From: Candidatus Latescibacterota bacterium
GTDB lineage: Bacteria; Latescibacterota; UBA2968; GCA-2709665
Reading direction: 5' to 3'
Assembly (NCBI GenBank): GCA_965219995.1
Contig: CBDCOX010000002.1
Coordinates: 2,688,001-2,752,000 of the forward strand
Length of the DNA stretch: 64,000 nt
Below the pieces are notes generated by a model. It did no database searches and had not been told where the DNA came from. It worked only from the letters and a program-made list of their open reading frames with translations. Numbering within the stretch: the first letter of the stretch is position 1; every line of letters begins with the position of its first letter. Below are positions 30,180-38,972 of the stretch, piece after piece. The position numbers and the translations under genes were made by a program.

Positions 30180-30239
30180 TGAAATCAATATATGAGATCA
30201 TATTGATATCATTATATGAGATCATGCGCGGCATGTCAA
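30180..30239 (-). promoter_or_regulatory. Consensus sigma70 promoter of vapBC with four TGAnATCA operator boxes
   Basis: Minus strand TTGACA (30239-30234), 17 bp, TATAAT (30216-30211); boxes start at 30180, 30193, 30204 and 30217. Confidence 0.88.
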
Positions 30240-30359
30240 GCGTGAACCGCTTGCCGCCTTCGAAACAACGGGCATTGAGCGGGCTGACATCGCGGGGCAG
30301 GCCGCCGCGTTAATGATGTTGTCGACACCGCGTCGAAGTCGAGATCGGCCGGCGGCGAT

Positions 30360-31184
30360 CTACAGTTTCAGGAACAGCCCGACTTCCCAGACAGGGGCAT
30401 CGAGCAGGTTGTGGCTTCGCGTGAACCTCGAAATGCCGGCGGTAATTCCCGCGTTGGGAGAAACATGGAAATCGATCTGGGATCCAAAGGACAGGTACTC
30501 GAGATCGTTGCGCGGGTGAAACTCATCGTCTGCTCTGTCAAGGGCTTCGACCCCGCGGAGCCAGACCGAGACGTCTATTCGCTCGGCGATCGTATATCCA
30601 GCCTGCAGACTATATCGAAACTCGTCCGCGTAATTGTCATCGCGATTGTCACTGCTCTTTCGGTTGTTGTATCCGATCTCACCTGTCAGATAGGTAGGTG
30701 CGGGATAGAGCGAATGGCCTACTTGAAGGGAAACATGCTGATTGAATTCGCCGTCGCCTGTCCAGAGGACGATATCCCCCCCCGATTCGCCCAGCGGTAA
30801 TCCTGCTATGGCCTGCAGACTGACCACCGTTGGTCCCTTTGTCAGAATCCGGATCCTGACACCTGCGTCCCCATCGCCAACACCGGTCGTTGAATCGAAC
30901 CCTTCGGCGTCCACGCCGAAGTGCGTATAGACCGGCATGTAGCCCACCAGCGTCACCCGGTCAGTCACGCCGAATTCACCGTAAAGACTTGTCGTATAGC
31001 CGCTCACGGTCGGGATCTCGGTCTTCGATCCATTCGCGATGAAAAGTGACTCGGCGCTGATTACCTGTTGGCTGAGTTTGAAATACCCCTTACCCTTCGG
31101 CTGCGTCCATCCGCCCGCGTGGGCGATGGAGAAATCGAAACTCATCACGCCCGTGAACAACGCGGCAAGAACAAACCTGTTCAC
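30360..31184 (-). CDS. Putative outer-membrane beta-barrel protein
   Basis: Signal peptide ending AHA, WTQPKGKGYFKLS, YGEFGVTDR, TGDGE, amphipathic strands, terminal VGLFLKL. Confidence 0.7.
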   Translation of the reverse strand: MNRFVLAALFTGVMSFDFSIAHAGGWTQPKGKGYFKLSQQVISAESLFIANGSKTEIPTVSGYTTSLYGEFGVTDRVTLVGYMPVYTHFGVDAEGFDSTTGVGDGDAGVRIRILTKGPTVVSLQAIAGLPLGESGGDIVLWTGDGEFNQHVSLQVGHSLYPAPTYLTGEIGYNNRKSSDNRDDNYADEFRYSLQAGYTIAERIDVSVWLRGVEALDRADDEFHPRNDLEYLSFGSQIDFHVSPNAGITAGISRFTRSHNLLDAPVWEVGLFLKL

Positions 31185-31202
31185 GTAATACTCCTTTGCT
31201 TA

Positions 31203-33206
31203 TCAATTGCCCAATGAAGCGCTTCCGACTTCACGGTTGATCAGCCTGCAATGAAGAATGAGGTGGCTCCATGAATCAATATTCTTTCCACTGGCAGGAG
31301 TAAACGTCCATGCCTTATTCCCCGACTGCCGTGTCACTTCACCAAATTCCACGGCGCCGGCAGGTAAATTACCACGTATGGGCCAGTTAATACTGCTGCT
31401 GGTGTAGAGAGCCACAAACACATCCGGCGCCGCGTTCGGCGTTGACAATCCGGTAATGCTGAGTCTGAGCTTCCCGTCGGAAGTTTCGCTCAGCGTGACC
31501 GATCCACCTGATGAATAGTTGTTTCGACCGCTGATCGTACCGGTTCGGCTTCGTGGCGCCGATTGGCTCACGGTCAGCGACGCCGTACCGGATTTGCCGT
31601 CCACCGTCGCCGTGATCGTCGTGGAACCGGCGTCCACCCCCGTTGCCAAACCGGACGCGTTGATGGTCGCCACCGAGGTGCTGCTGCTCGTCCAGGTGAA
31701 GGTCTTGCCGGATATCATCGTGTTGTCCGAGTCATAGGCGGTGGCGCTGAACTGCTGGGTACCGCCCTCCTCGATCGTTACGGACGATGGACTCACCGCG
31801 ACACGGGCCACAACCGGCGGCGGCTCGGTCACGGTCAACGACGCCGTGCCGGATACGCCGTCCACCGTCGCCGTGATCGTCGTGGAACCGGCGTCCACCC
31901 CCGTTGCCAACCCGGATGAGTTGATGGTCGCCACCGAGGTGCTGCTGCTCGTCCAGGCAAAGGTCTTGCCGGATATCATCGTGTTGTCCGAGTCATAGGC
32001 GGTGGCGCTGAACCGGTGGGTCCCGCCCTCCTCGATTGATACGGACGATGGTCTCACCGTGACACGGGCCACAACCGGCGGCGACTCGGTCACGGTCAAC
32101 GTCGCCGTGCCGGATACGCCGTCCACCGTCGCCGTGATCGTCGTGGAACCGGCGTCCACCCCCGTTGCCAATCCGGATGAGTTGATGGTCGCCACCGAGG
32201 TGCTGCTGCTCGTCCAGGAAAAGGTCTTGCCGGATATCATCGTGTTGTCCGAGTCATAGGCGGTGGCGCTGAACTGCTGGGTACCGCCCTCTTCGATCAT
32301 TACGGACGATGGACTCACCGCGACACGGGCCACAACCGGCGGCGACTCGGTCACGGTCAACGTCGCCGTGCCGGATACGCCGTCCACCGTCGCCGTGATC
32401 GTCGTGGAACCGGCGTCCACCCCCGTTGCCAATCCGGATGAGTTGATGGTCGCCACCGAGGTGCTGCTGCTCGTCCAGGAAAAGGTCTTGCCGGATATCA
32501 TCGTGTTGTCCGAGTCATAGGCGGTGGCGCCGAACTGCTGGGTACCGCCCTCTTCGATTGATACGGACGATGGACTCACCGCGACACGGGCCACAACCGG
32601 CGGCGGCTCGGTCACGGTCAACGACGCCGTGCCGGATACGCCGTCCACCGTCGCCGTGATCGTCGTGGAACCGGCGTCCACCCCCGTTGCCAACCCGGAC
32701 GCGTTGATGGTCGCCACCGAGGTGCTGCTGCTCGTCCAGGAAAAGGTCTTGCCGGATATCATCGTGTTGTCCGAGTCATAGGCGGTGGCGCTGAACTGGT
32801 GGGTCCCGCCCTCCTCGATCGTTACGGACGATGGACTCACCGCGACACGGGCCACAACCGGCGGCGGCGGCTCGCAGGTCGTGCCGAACACTTCGGCAAA
32901 GAGCACAAAATCACGAAAGCCGATCGCGTCATCGCCGTCTATATCCATCAGCGCGTTGAAATTGGCATCGCCCGAAGAGGTGTTAAACACTGCGACAAAG
33001 GAAAGAAAATCCGCGAATTCAACGATACCATTGTTGTCAAAATCAGCCTGACAGGCACGATTCCCGTCTCCGCCGTCGGAGATTAGATCGTGAGACACGA
33101 CGGCCCTCGCGTTGGGACCGGCAAAGTCCGATGCTGAGAAGACGTGCAACAAAACGGCGAGAAGTAACAGCTTCCTGTTTGTCCTGTTCGTAAACATGGC
33201 AGGCAC
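31203..33206 (-). CDS. Secreted protein: dockerin-like EF-hand pair, five Big_2 Ig-like repeats, C-terminal DM13 domain
   Basis: Signal peptide; DFDNNGIVEFADF / DIDGDDAIGFRDF; 5 x 87-aa repeats (WTSSSTSVATIN.SGLATGV..G.TTITAT); APDVFVAL...ILHC.....GSA.L resembles DM13. Confidence 0.8.
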   Translation of the reverse strand: MPAMFTNRTNRKLLLLAVLLHVFSASDFAGPNARAVVSHDLISDGGDGNRACQADFDNNGIVEFADFLSFVAVFNTSSGDANFNALMDIDGDDAIGFRDFVLFAEVFGTTCEPPPPVVARVAVSPSSVTIEEGGTHQFSATAYDSDNTMISGKTFSWTSSSTSVATINASGLATGVDAGSTTITATVDGVSGTASLTVTEPPPVVARVAVSPSSVSIEEGGTQQFGATAYDSDNTMISGKTFSWTSSSTSVATINSSGLATGVDAGSTTITATVDGVSGTATLTVTESPPVVARVAVSPSSVMIEEGGTQQFSATAYDSDNTMISGKTFSWTSSSTSVATINSSGLATGVDAGSTTITATVDGVSGTATLTVTESPPVVARVTVRPSSVSIEEGGTHRFSATAYDSDNTMISGKTFAWTSSSTSVATINSSGLATGVDAGSTTITATVDGVSGTASLTVTEPPPVVARVAVSPSSVTIEEGGTQQFSATAYDSDNTMISGKTFTWTSSSTSVATINASGLATGVDAGSTTITATVDGKSGTASLTVSQSAPRSRTGTISGRNNYSSGGSVTLSETSDGKLRLSITGLSTPNAAPDVFVALYTSSSINWPIRGNLPAGAVEFGEVTRQSGNKAWTFTPASGKNIDSWSHLILHCRLINREVGSASLGN
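31565..32869 (-). repeat. Intragenic tandem repeat, 5 x 261 bp, near-identical
   Basis: Shadow ORFs recur at 31741, 32002, 32263, 32524 and 32785 (period 261); few substitutions between copies. Confidence 0.97.
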
Positions 33207-33376
33207 GTCCTGTTGTAATGGTTCGGGTCTGTAAGGCTTTGTTCGTGTTGCCGTCCGACGCTCCGCTCCCGTCCTTCGTCTACGCGGTCATGATGTTGAT
33301 AAAGTCGCTCTGCCGGCCTGCCGGTGAAGTCTTGGCAGGCAGGTAACCCGGACGGGATCTTTCAACGGGGTGCTAA

Positions 33377-34438
33377 TCACCTGATCCGGCCGCGGGCGTG
33401 CACCGGCCAGGTCGCTTCCACCGTCCCGTTTCGGGTGGCAACCATTTCGTCGTGTTCGTTCACGCAGGGACAGGGGTGAACGGGAAGCACCTGCACGCGC
33501 TCGCCGATCTCCGGTTTGACCGGGCATCGGGAAATATCCACGTGGCCATGCTCTTCGGACGCGATTCCGATCAGCGCGTCGGGGTATTCGACGATATGCC
33601 CCATGCAGTCTCCCCGGTCGGTCCTGTAGATGGAGGCGCTCAGCGCCTTGCTCCCCGCATCCAGGAACATACGGTCTCCGGTGGGCCTGCTCACCACGGT
33701 GGTGATCACCCGAAGCGCGCACTGCTCCAGGGTGTGTCGCCCCTCCGCAAGGTGCATGGCGCCTCCAACCGGATATTCGCCGGCGCGGTATTCCGTGAGT
33801 TCGGGAATTTCGTGCGCTTCCATGGCGTGCGGAGTGCCGCCGCCGCTTACCACGTCGCGGGGAAGGCCTGCCCTGTCGAACCGGTCTATCGTCTCCTGGA
33901 TGAGCGGTCTCGAATCGGGCGGCGTGGGAAAGCCCATGAATCCCCTGAGTTCCAGGCCGGGAAGATCGTGGACGAGCTTCGCCAGTTCCGTGGCCTCCCT
34001 GGGCGTGGGAACGCCCGTGCGTTCAAACCCCATTTCCACTTCGATAAGGACACCGATGGAAACGCCTTCGGAGGAGGAGGCGCGGGAGAGTCCCCTGACG
34101 GTGTATTCGGAGTCGGGCGCGAGGGTTACCGGAAGTCTTTTTGCCAGGGCCGTAAGCCGGTCGAGTTTCTGTGCGCCCATGATATTGTACGGTATGAGCA
34201 GGTCGGTGTGGATGCCGCCCGCCGCCAGGACTTCGGCTTCCCCGAGCTTCTGGCAGGTGAGGCCGATTGCGCCGTATTTCAATTGCATGTGGGCGACGGC
34301 CAGCGTCTTGTGAGTCTTGATATGCGGGCGGAAGCCGATGCCGTTTTTCTCGAAATAGCCGTGGTACCGCTCGAGGTTTTCTTCCAGCGCGTCCAGATTG
34401 ACGGCCAGGAAGGGCGTGTCCATTTCGTCGATGCGCAT
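33377..34438 (-). CDS. D-threonine aldolase / D-serine dehydratase (DSD1) family PLP enzyme
   Basis: TP, RPHIKTHK, CQKLGEAE, RTGV, SGGGTP, DAGSK, SEEHG, PVHPC; ATG 34438 after AAGGAG. Confidence 0.92.
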   Translation of the reverse strand: MRIDEMDTPFLAVNLDALEENLERYHGYFEKNGIGFRPHIKTHKTLAVAHMQLKYGAIGLTCQKLGEAEVLAAGGIHTDLLIPYNIMGAQKLDRLTALAKRLPVTLAPDSEYTVRGLSRASSSEGVSIGVLIEVEMGFERTGVPTPREATELAKLVHDLPGLELRGFMGFPTPPDSRPLIQETIDRFDRAGLPRDVVSGGGTPHAMEAHEIPELTEYRAGEYPVGGAMHLAEGRHTLEQCALRVITTVVSRPTGDRMFLDAGSKALSASIYRTDRGDCMGHIVEYPDALIGIASEEHGHVDISRCPVKPEIGERVQVLPVHPCPCVNEHDEMVATRNGTVEATWPVHARGRIR

Positions 34439-34783
34439 GCAGGGCTCCTTCGCCTGGAGTGGCCGGGTTAAGCGCGTTGCCATTAAATAGCGCGCGCGCG
34501 GGCACAGGTCAAGGAATTTCGCAGGGGGAGCCCGCGGGAACGCTTTTCGCTTGACATGGGGCGTCCGCGGCCCAAAGTTTAGTGGCGCAAATAAGCCTCA
34601 TAAGCCTGTGAATCCCGTTGGCGGCGCAGGGTCTTCGAGACATGAAAGCCGAGGTCCGCGCGGGTCTCAGGCGGCGATGGGTTATTGACCCGGAACAGCA
34701 GGTTGGATAGGTTTCATATAGAACGGTCCACGCTGTGTACTAAACGTGCAAACAAACGAATTACAGGTTCGCGGAGCAAGGCT

Positions 34784-37246
34784 ATGGCAAACCACACCTG
34801 TCGTTGCAGCCCCCGCCGTCCGGCCCGCCGGTGTGTCTGGCTGTGGGTCCTTACAGTTTCCCTGGTGTCGCAAACACCGGCAGATGAGCGGGCGGGACCG
34901 GCGGTCCGACCGGCCGCGCGGGACTCCCTGGTTTCCGTGTCCGATCAACACGTGCATTCGGGCGATTACGCGGAAGCGGCCCGAATTCTCGGGCAACTCG
35001 TCGAGGCATTTCCGAAAAACGTCGACCTCCTCACGCGCCAGGGGAACGCCCTGCTGAAAGCGGGAGATTTCGAATCCGCCATCATTGCATTTGAGTCGGC
35101 GAAGAAACTCGACTCCGACCTTCCGGGCACCTACGTGGGGCTCGGACTCGCCAGATTGCGAAACTCTGGAAGAGGGTTGGAGGCGTTTTTCAACTTTCGC
35201 CAGGCCGTCGGGGAAGCCAGGTCCGCCATCGAGATCAACGCCGCATACGGGCCGGCATACCGGCTTCTGGGGGAGGCCTACGGACGATTCGAAGAAGACC
35301 ACGAAAAGGCCGTGGGCTTCTATATGACGTCTATCGAACTGGAACCGGACAATCCGGAAGGTCGTTACGAATTCGGTCTTTCGCTGGTCCAGCTCGGGCA
35401 ATTCGACAAAATCGACGAATACATTACCCCTTTTATCGAGACGCATCCGTCGGAAACCCGGTTGCTTCCACTGGCCGCGCAGGCGCACTTCTACCTGGAG
35501 CGGTTCGGACGGGCCCTGGAGCACTTCGACCGGTATCTGCAGACGCTGGACCCCGAGGAGCGCAGTCTCTATACAGACATCTCCCTGGTCGCCTCCGCGG
35601 AGGAACTCGAAGCGTACCGGGCCGCCGCAGGAGAGGAAAAGGAAACCTTCCTCGAAAGGTTCTGGCTGAAGAGGGATTCCGACATCCTGACAGCGATCAA
35701 CGAACGGGTCATCGAACACTATCGCCGCGTCTGGTACGCCAGGACCTTCTTCGCAACCGGCGCCAACCCCTGGGACAAGCGAGGGGAGGTCTACATACGC
35801 TACGGAGAACCGGATCACCGGTCCCGGTCCACGCGCAGGCAATTTGTGCAGAATCCGAGAGTCCAGGCCGTCCGCGACCGGATGGCGGTGGCTCTCTACG
35901 GCGACGAGGCCGCGCTGCTGACGTTTACAGGCCCCGTGTTTCCGATTCGGGCGAATCGCAGCCACCTCGAGGCCACGCTCTTCGATGACAATGTCATCGC
36001 GGACGCGGCCGGCGCGACAACGGCAGACGACGACGCCGGCGTCGACGCCTCCCAGGTGTCCGCGCAGGCGGAAAACGAAACTGACCCCACGGCGATGATC
36101 AGGGAAGACAGCCGTTTCGACGAGTTCGGGAATCTGAATACCCGGCTCAATTTCGGCGGGTACGCCCCGATCACCCTGGACAACGAGGTCGGGACCGTAC
36201 CCTGGGAAACCTGGACGTACACGAGTATCGGAATTGGCATGGAAATCACATTCACCGACGAGCGAGGTACCGGCGCGTTCGACTTCGCGCCCATCCCGCC
36301 ACCATCGCTGGACACGGACGTGTCCCGGCTGGCCCGGTTTACGGAATACGCCCCCCGCGTGGTTTTTCGCAACGCGGTCGCACGTGTGCCCGACGTCTAC
36401 AATCCCGCGTTCCACCAGGCCCCGCTGGACTTCTACTTCGATCTGGCCAGCTTCCGCGCGCCGGAGGGCCGGACCACGCTCGAGGTCTACTACGGGATAC
36501 CCGCCGAACAGGTGAAGGTCGCGCGCAGGCGCGATGTGTCCTATATTCAGGTGAAATGCGCGCTCGCGCTGGCCAACGCGGATTACAGTAAGATTCACCG
36601 GACGGATTCCAGCCGCGCCTACCGCGTCGCGAGCGATTACAGAGGCTCCCAGAAGGCATTTATGCCGGAGTTGCTGAAACTCGAAGTCCCCCCCGGTGAA
36701 TACGACCTTCAGGTCCAGATCAAAGATCTGATTTCCGGCCATACCGGCATTTACAGGCAGTCGGTGGACGTGAAGGAATATCCCGAAGACCGGCTCAGGA
36801 TCAGCGATATTCAGCTTGCTGCCGCAATCGGCGAAACGAAGCTGCAGGAACGGTTCAAGAAGGGAGAGGTGTGGGTTGTACCCATGCCCACGCGGAACTA
36901 CCGGGGCGCCCAGCAGGTATACGCATACTACGAGATCTACAACCTGAAGAAGGACCGTTTCGGCCAGACGCGCTTCAAGGTGAAGTACGTCGTGCGGTAC
37001 GTTTCGAAACCCATCCGTGGCGCGCTCGGCTCGGTGGCGTCCGGTCTCCGCTCGCTGTTCAGAAGCAAAAGACCCTCGGTCTCGATTTCGTACGAACACG
37101 AGGGTACCGAGCCGAACGAACAGGGTTACCTGGAATTCAACCTCGACAAGGTCAAACACGGCGTGAATGTGCTTGAAGTCGAAATTAAGGACCTTGTCAG
37201 CGGCAAGAGCGAAGAGCGCGAAATCCGATTTCAGTACGGTGGTTGA
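34784..37246 (+). CDS. TPR-repeat plus GWxTD-domain protein
   Basis: N-terminal TPRs; FW.KRD, NER..EHYRRV.YA..FF, WDKRGEVYIRYGEPD, ETW.Y; C-terminal beta-sandwiches (PPGEY.L.V, ISDIQLA, YYEIYNL). Confidence 0.85.
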   Translation: MANHTCRCSPRRPARRCVWLWVLTVSLVSQTPADERAGPAVRPAARDSLVSVSDQHVHSGDYAEAARILGQLVEAFPKNVDLLTRQGNALLKAGDFESAIIAFESAKKLDSDLPGTYVGLGLARLRNSGRGLEAFFNFRQAVGEARSAIEINAAYGPAYRLLGEAYGRFEEDHEKAVGFYMTSIELEPDNPEGRYEFGLSLVQLGQFDKIDEYITPFIETHPSETRLLPLAAQAHFYLERFGRALEHFDRYLQTLDPEERSLYTDISLVASAEELEAYRAAAGEEKETFLERFWLKRDSDILTAINERVIEHYRRVWYARTFFATGANPWDKRGEVYIRYGEPDHRSRSTRRQFVQNPRVQAVRDRMAVALYGDEAALLTFTGPVFPIRANRSHLEATLFDDNVIADAAGATTADDDAGVDASQVSAQAENETDPTAMIREDSRFDEFGNLNTRLNFGGYAPITLDNEVGTVPWETWTYTSIGIGMEITFTDERGTGAFDFAPIPPPSLDTDVSRLARFTEYAPRVVFRNAVARVPDVYNPAFHQAPLDFYFDLASFRAPEGRTTLEVYYGIPAEQVKVARRRDVSYIQVKCALALANADYSKIHRTDSSRAYRVASDYRGSQKAFMPELLKLEVPPGEYDLQVQIKDLISGHTGIYRQSVDVKEYPEDRLRISDIQLAAAIGETKLQERFKKGEVWVVPMPTRNYRGAQQVYAYYEIYNLKKDRFGQTRFKVKYVVRYVSKPIRGALGSVASGLRSLFRSKRPSVSISYEHEGTEPNEQGYLEFNLDKVKHGVNVLEVEIKDLVSGKSEEREIRFQYGG

Positions 37247-37358
37247 CGGACAGTCGCCGCGAGATTCAAACGCTGATTGTACTGCAGATACCGGGGCGCG
37301 TTGCGCGTGAGTTGTCGTTACGGGAAATACAATCGTACGAGTAACTGATGAGAATGGA

Positions 37359-38943
37359 TATGAAACGTCGCGCTGGATCCGCCATGGTCGCGGCGGTCGC
37401 CATCCTCGCGGTGCTCGCACACCAGGAAACGCCGGCGCAGACCGCCGGGTTCGATCCGGAAGCCCTTGCGAAGCAGTTCGTGGGCTTCGACGTCTCGCGA
37501 AACGCGGGCAAGGGATACTCCGAGAGCGCGAGTTCCGCCACGCTGGCGTGGGGCGAGAGTTACTACCTGAACGCCTACGTCAAGATGTACCGGGCAACCC
37601 GGTACACGCGGTGGCTGGACAAGGTCGTGGACCACTTCGACCGGATGGTCGCCAATATGAGCGACCACGACGGCGACGGCATCCCCGGGTGGCACACGGA
37701 CCGGTATTCCGTGTCCCGGATGCGGGCCCGGGCGATGCACAACCGGGGGACGGCGTCGATCCGCCCGGAAGAAGCCACTGTCACGAATATCGAGCAGGCC
37801 CACGAGGCGATCGACGCGGAGTTCATCCTCGAACGGATCGCATCCGACCGGTACGTGGTGCGGGACCTCACCCGTTCGGACGTGGTCTATGACGGTCCAT
37901 ATTCCCTGGGACAGGACATCCCCGGCATTCCGGGTTTCAAATTGCGCCTGGACAGGATCCCCGAAATCGGAGACAAATTCCGGGTGGAGACGTGGGCGGT
38001 GCGTCCCCTGGAATACGCCGTGCACGAGGGAATGATCCTCTACCCCGTCGCGCAGTTTGTCGAACTGGCCCTCAGGGTCGATAGTCTGAGGACGCGCTAC
38101 GGGGAAAAGGCGCGCGCCTACCTTGAACTGATCGAGGAGCGCGTGTTGAGAAAGCAGGAGCGCCATTGGGTGCAGTTGGCGCCCGGTATGGGAGCCTACC
38201 GCTTTACCGAGTCGTCCGCCGAACGATTTCCCAACCGCATCCTCCCGCACAACCAGTACCTCGCGCTCGGCCGCGTCTACCTGGTACTGAAAGACGTGTC
38301 GGATGAGCCGTTGTTCGAGGAGCGCGCCGCGCAGATGGCCGCGTTCTTCAAGGATTCCTTGAAGGAAACGGGAGACGCGTATACCTGGGCGTACTGGGAC
38401 TGGGTTGAGGCGGGCATGCCCGATCGGAGCGGCACTGAGGACACGAGCCACGGGCACATCGACGTGGAGTTCGCCGTCGAGGCCTACCGGCGGGGCGTGG
38501 TCTTCACGCGGGCGGACATGCTCCGGTTCGCAAGGACGCTGACGGACCAGATGTGGAACGGGTCGCTCTCGAGTCCGAAGATCGGTTCCCGCGTGGACCG
38601 GCAGGACGGAGACGCGACGATCATCCGGGGCTGGATCGAACTCTGCCGGTGGGACCCGCGGGTCTGGGACATTTACTGGGCGCTGTTCGACCGCATCGGC
38701 AGACCCGGGCTGGAAATCCCGCACATCCTTTACACCAGGACAGTGCTCGATGGCCCGCCGGAGATCAAGTCGCCGGACTTCAACGGCGACCGAAAGGTGG
38801 ACTTCCAGGACTTCCTTGCGTTCGCACGGTACTTCGGTTCGACGTCGGACACCGGCTCGTTCGACGAGAGGTACGATCTGGACGGCGACGGCAGCGTCAA
38901 CTTCGCGGACTTCATCGCATTCGCCGCCGCGTTCGGCGCCTGA
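37359..38943 (+). CDS. Secreted (alpha/alpha)-barrel-like protein with C-terminal dockerin-like EF-hand pair
   Basis: Signal peptide; AWGESY..AY..MYRAT...WLD, PHNQ, EDTSHG; C-terminal DFNGDRKVDFQDF / DLDGDGSVNFADF. Start uncertain (37348, 37353 or 37359). Confidence 0.7.
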
Positions 38944-38972
38944 AGAGACAGGCAATTCAGGAGAAACGGGCA

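Noticed and set aside
31519-33051. Repeated 85-aa plus-strand ORFs resembling a tandem gene array or CRISPR-like repeat
   Set aside because: They are antisense shadows of the Big_2 repeats; the units are contiguous 261-bp copies with no unique spacers
33317-33345. GCCTGCC...GGCAGGC hairpin as a terminator
   Set aside because: Short stem with no U-tract; function cannot be supported
34682-37420. 912-aa antisense ORF, and similar ones at 40385-42712, 50301-52907, 37318-38979, 5869-7392 and 62894-63892
   Set aside because: They lie opposite well-supported genes, have no motifs, and are expected shadows of high-GC codon bias
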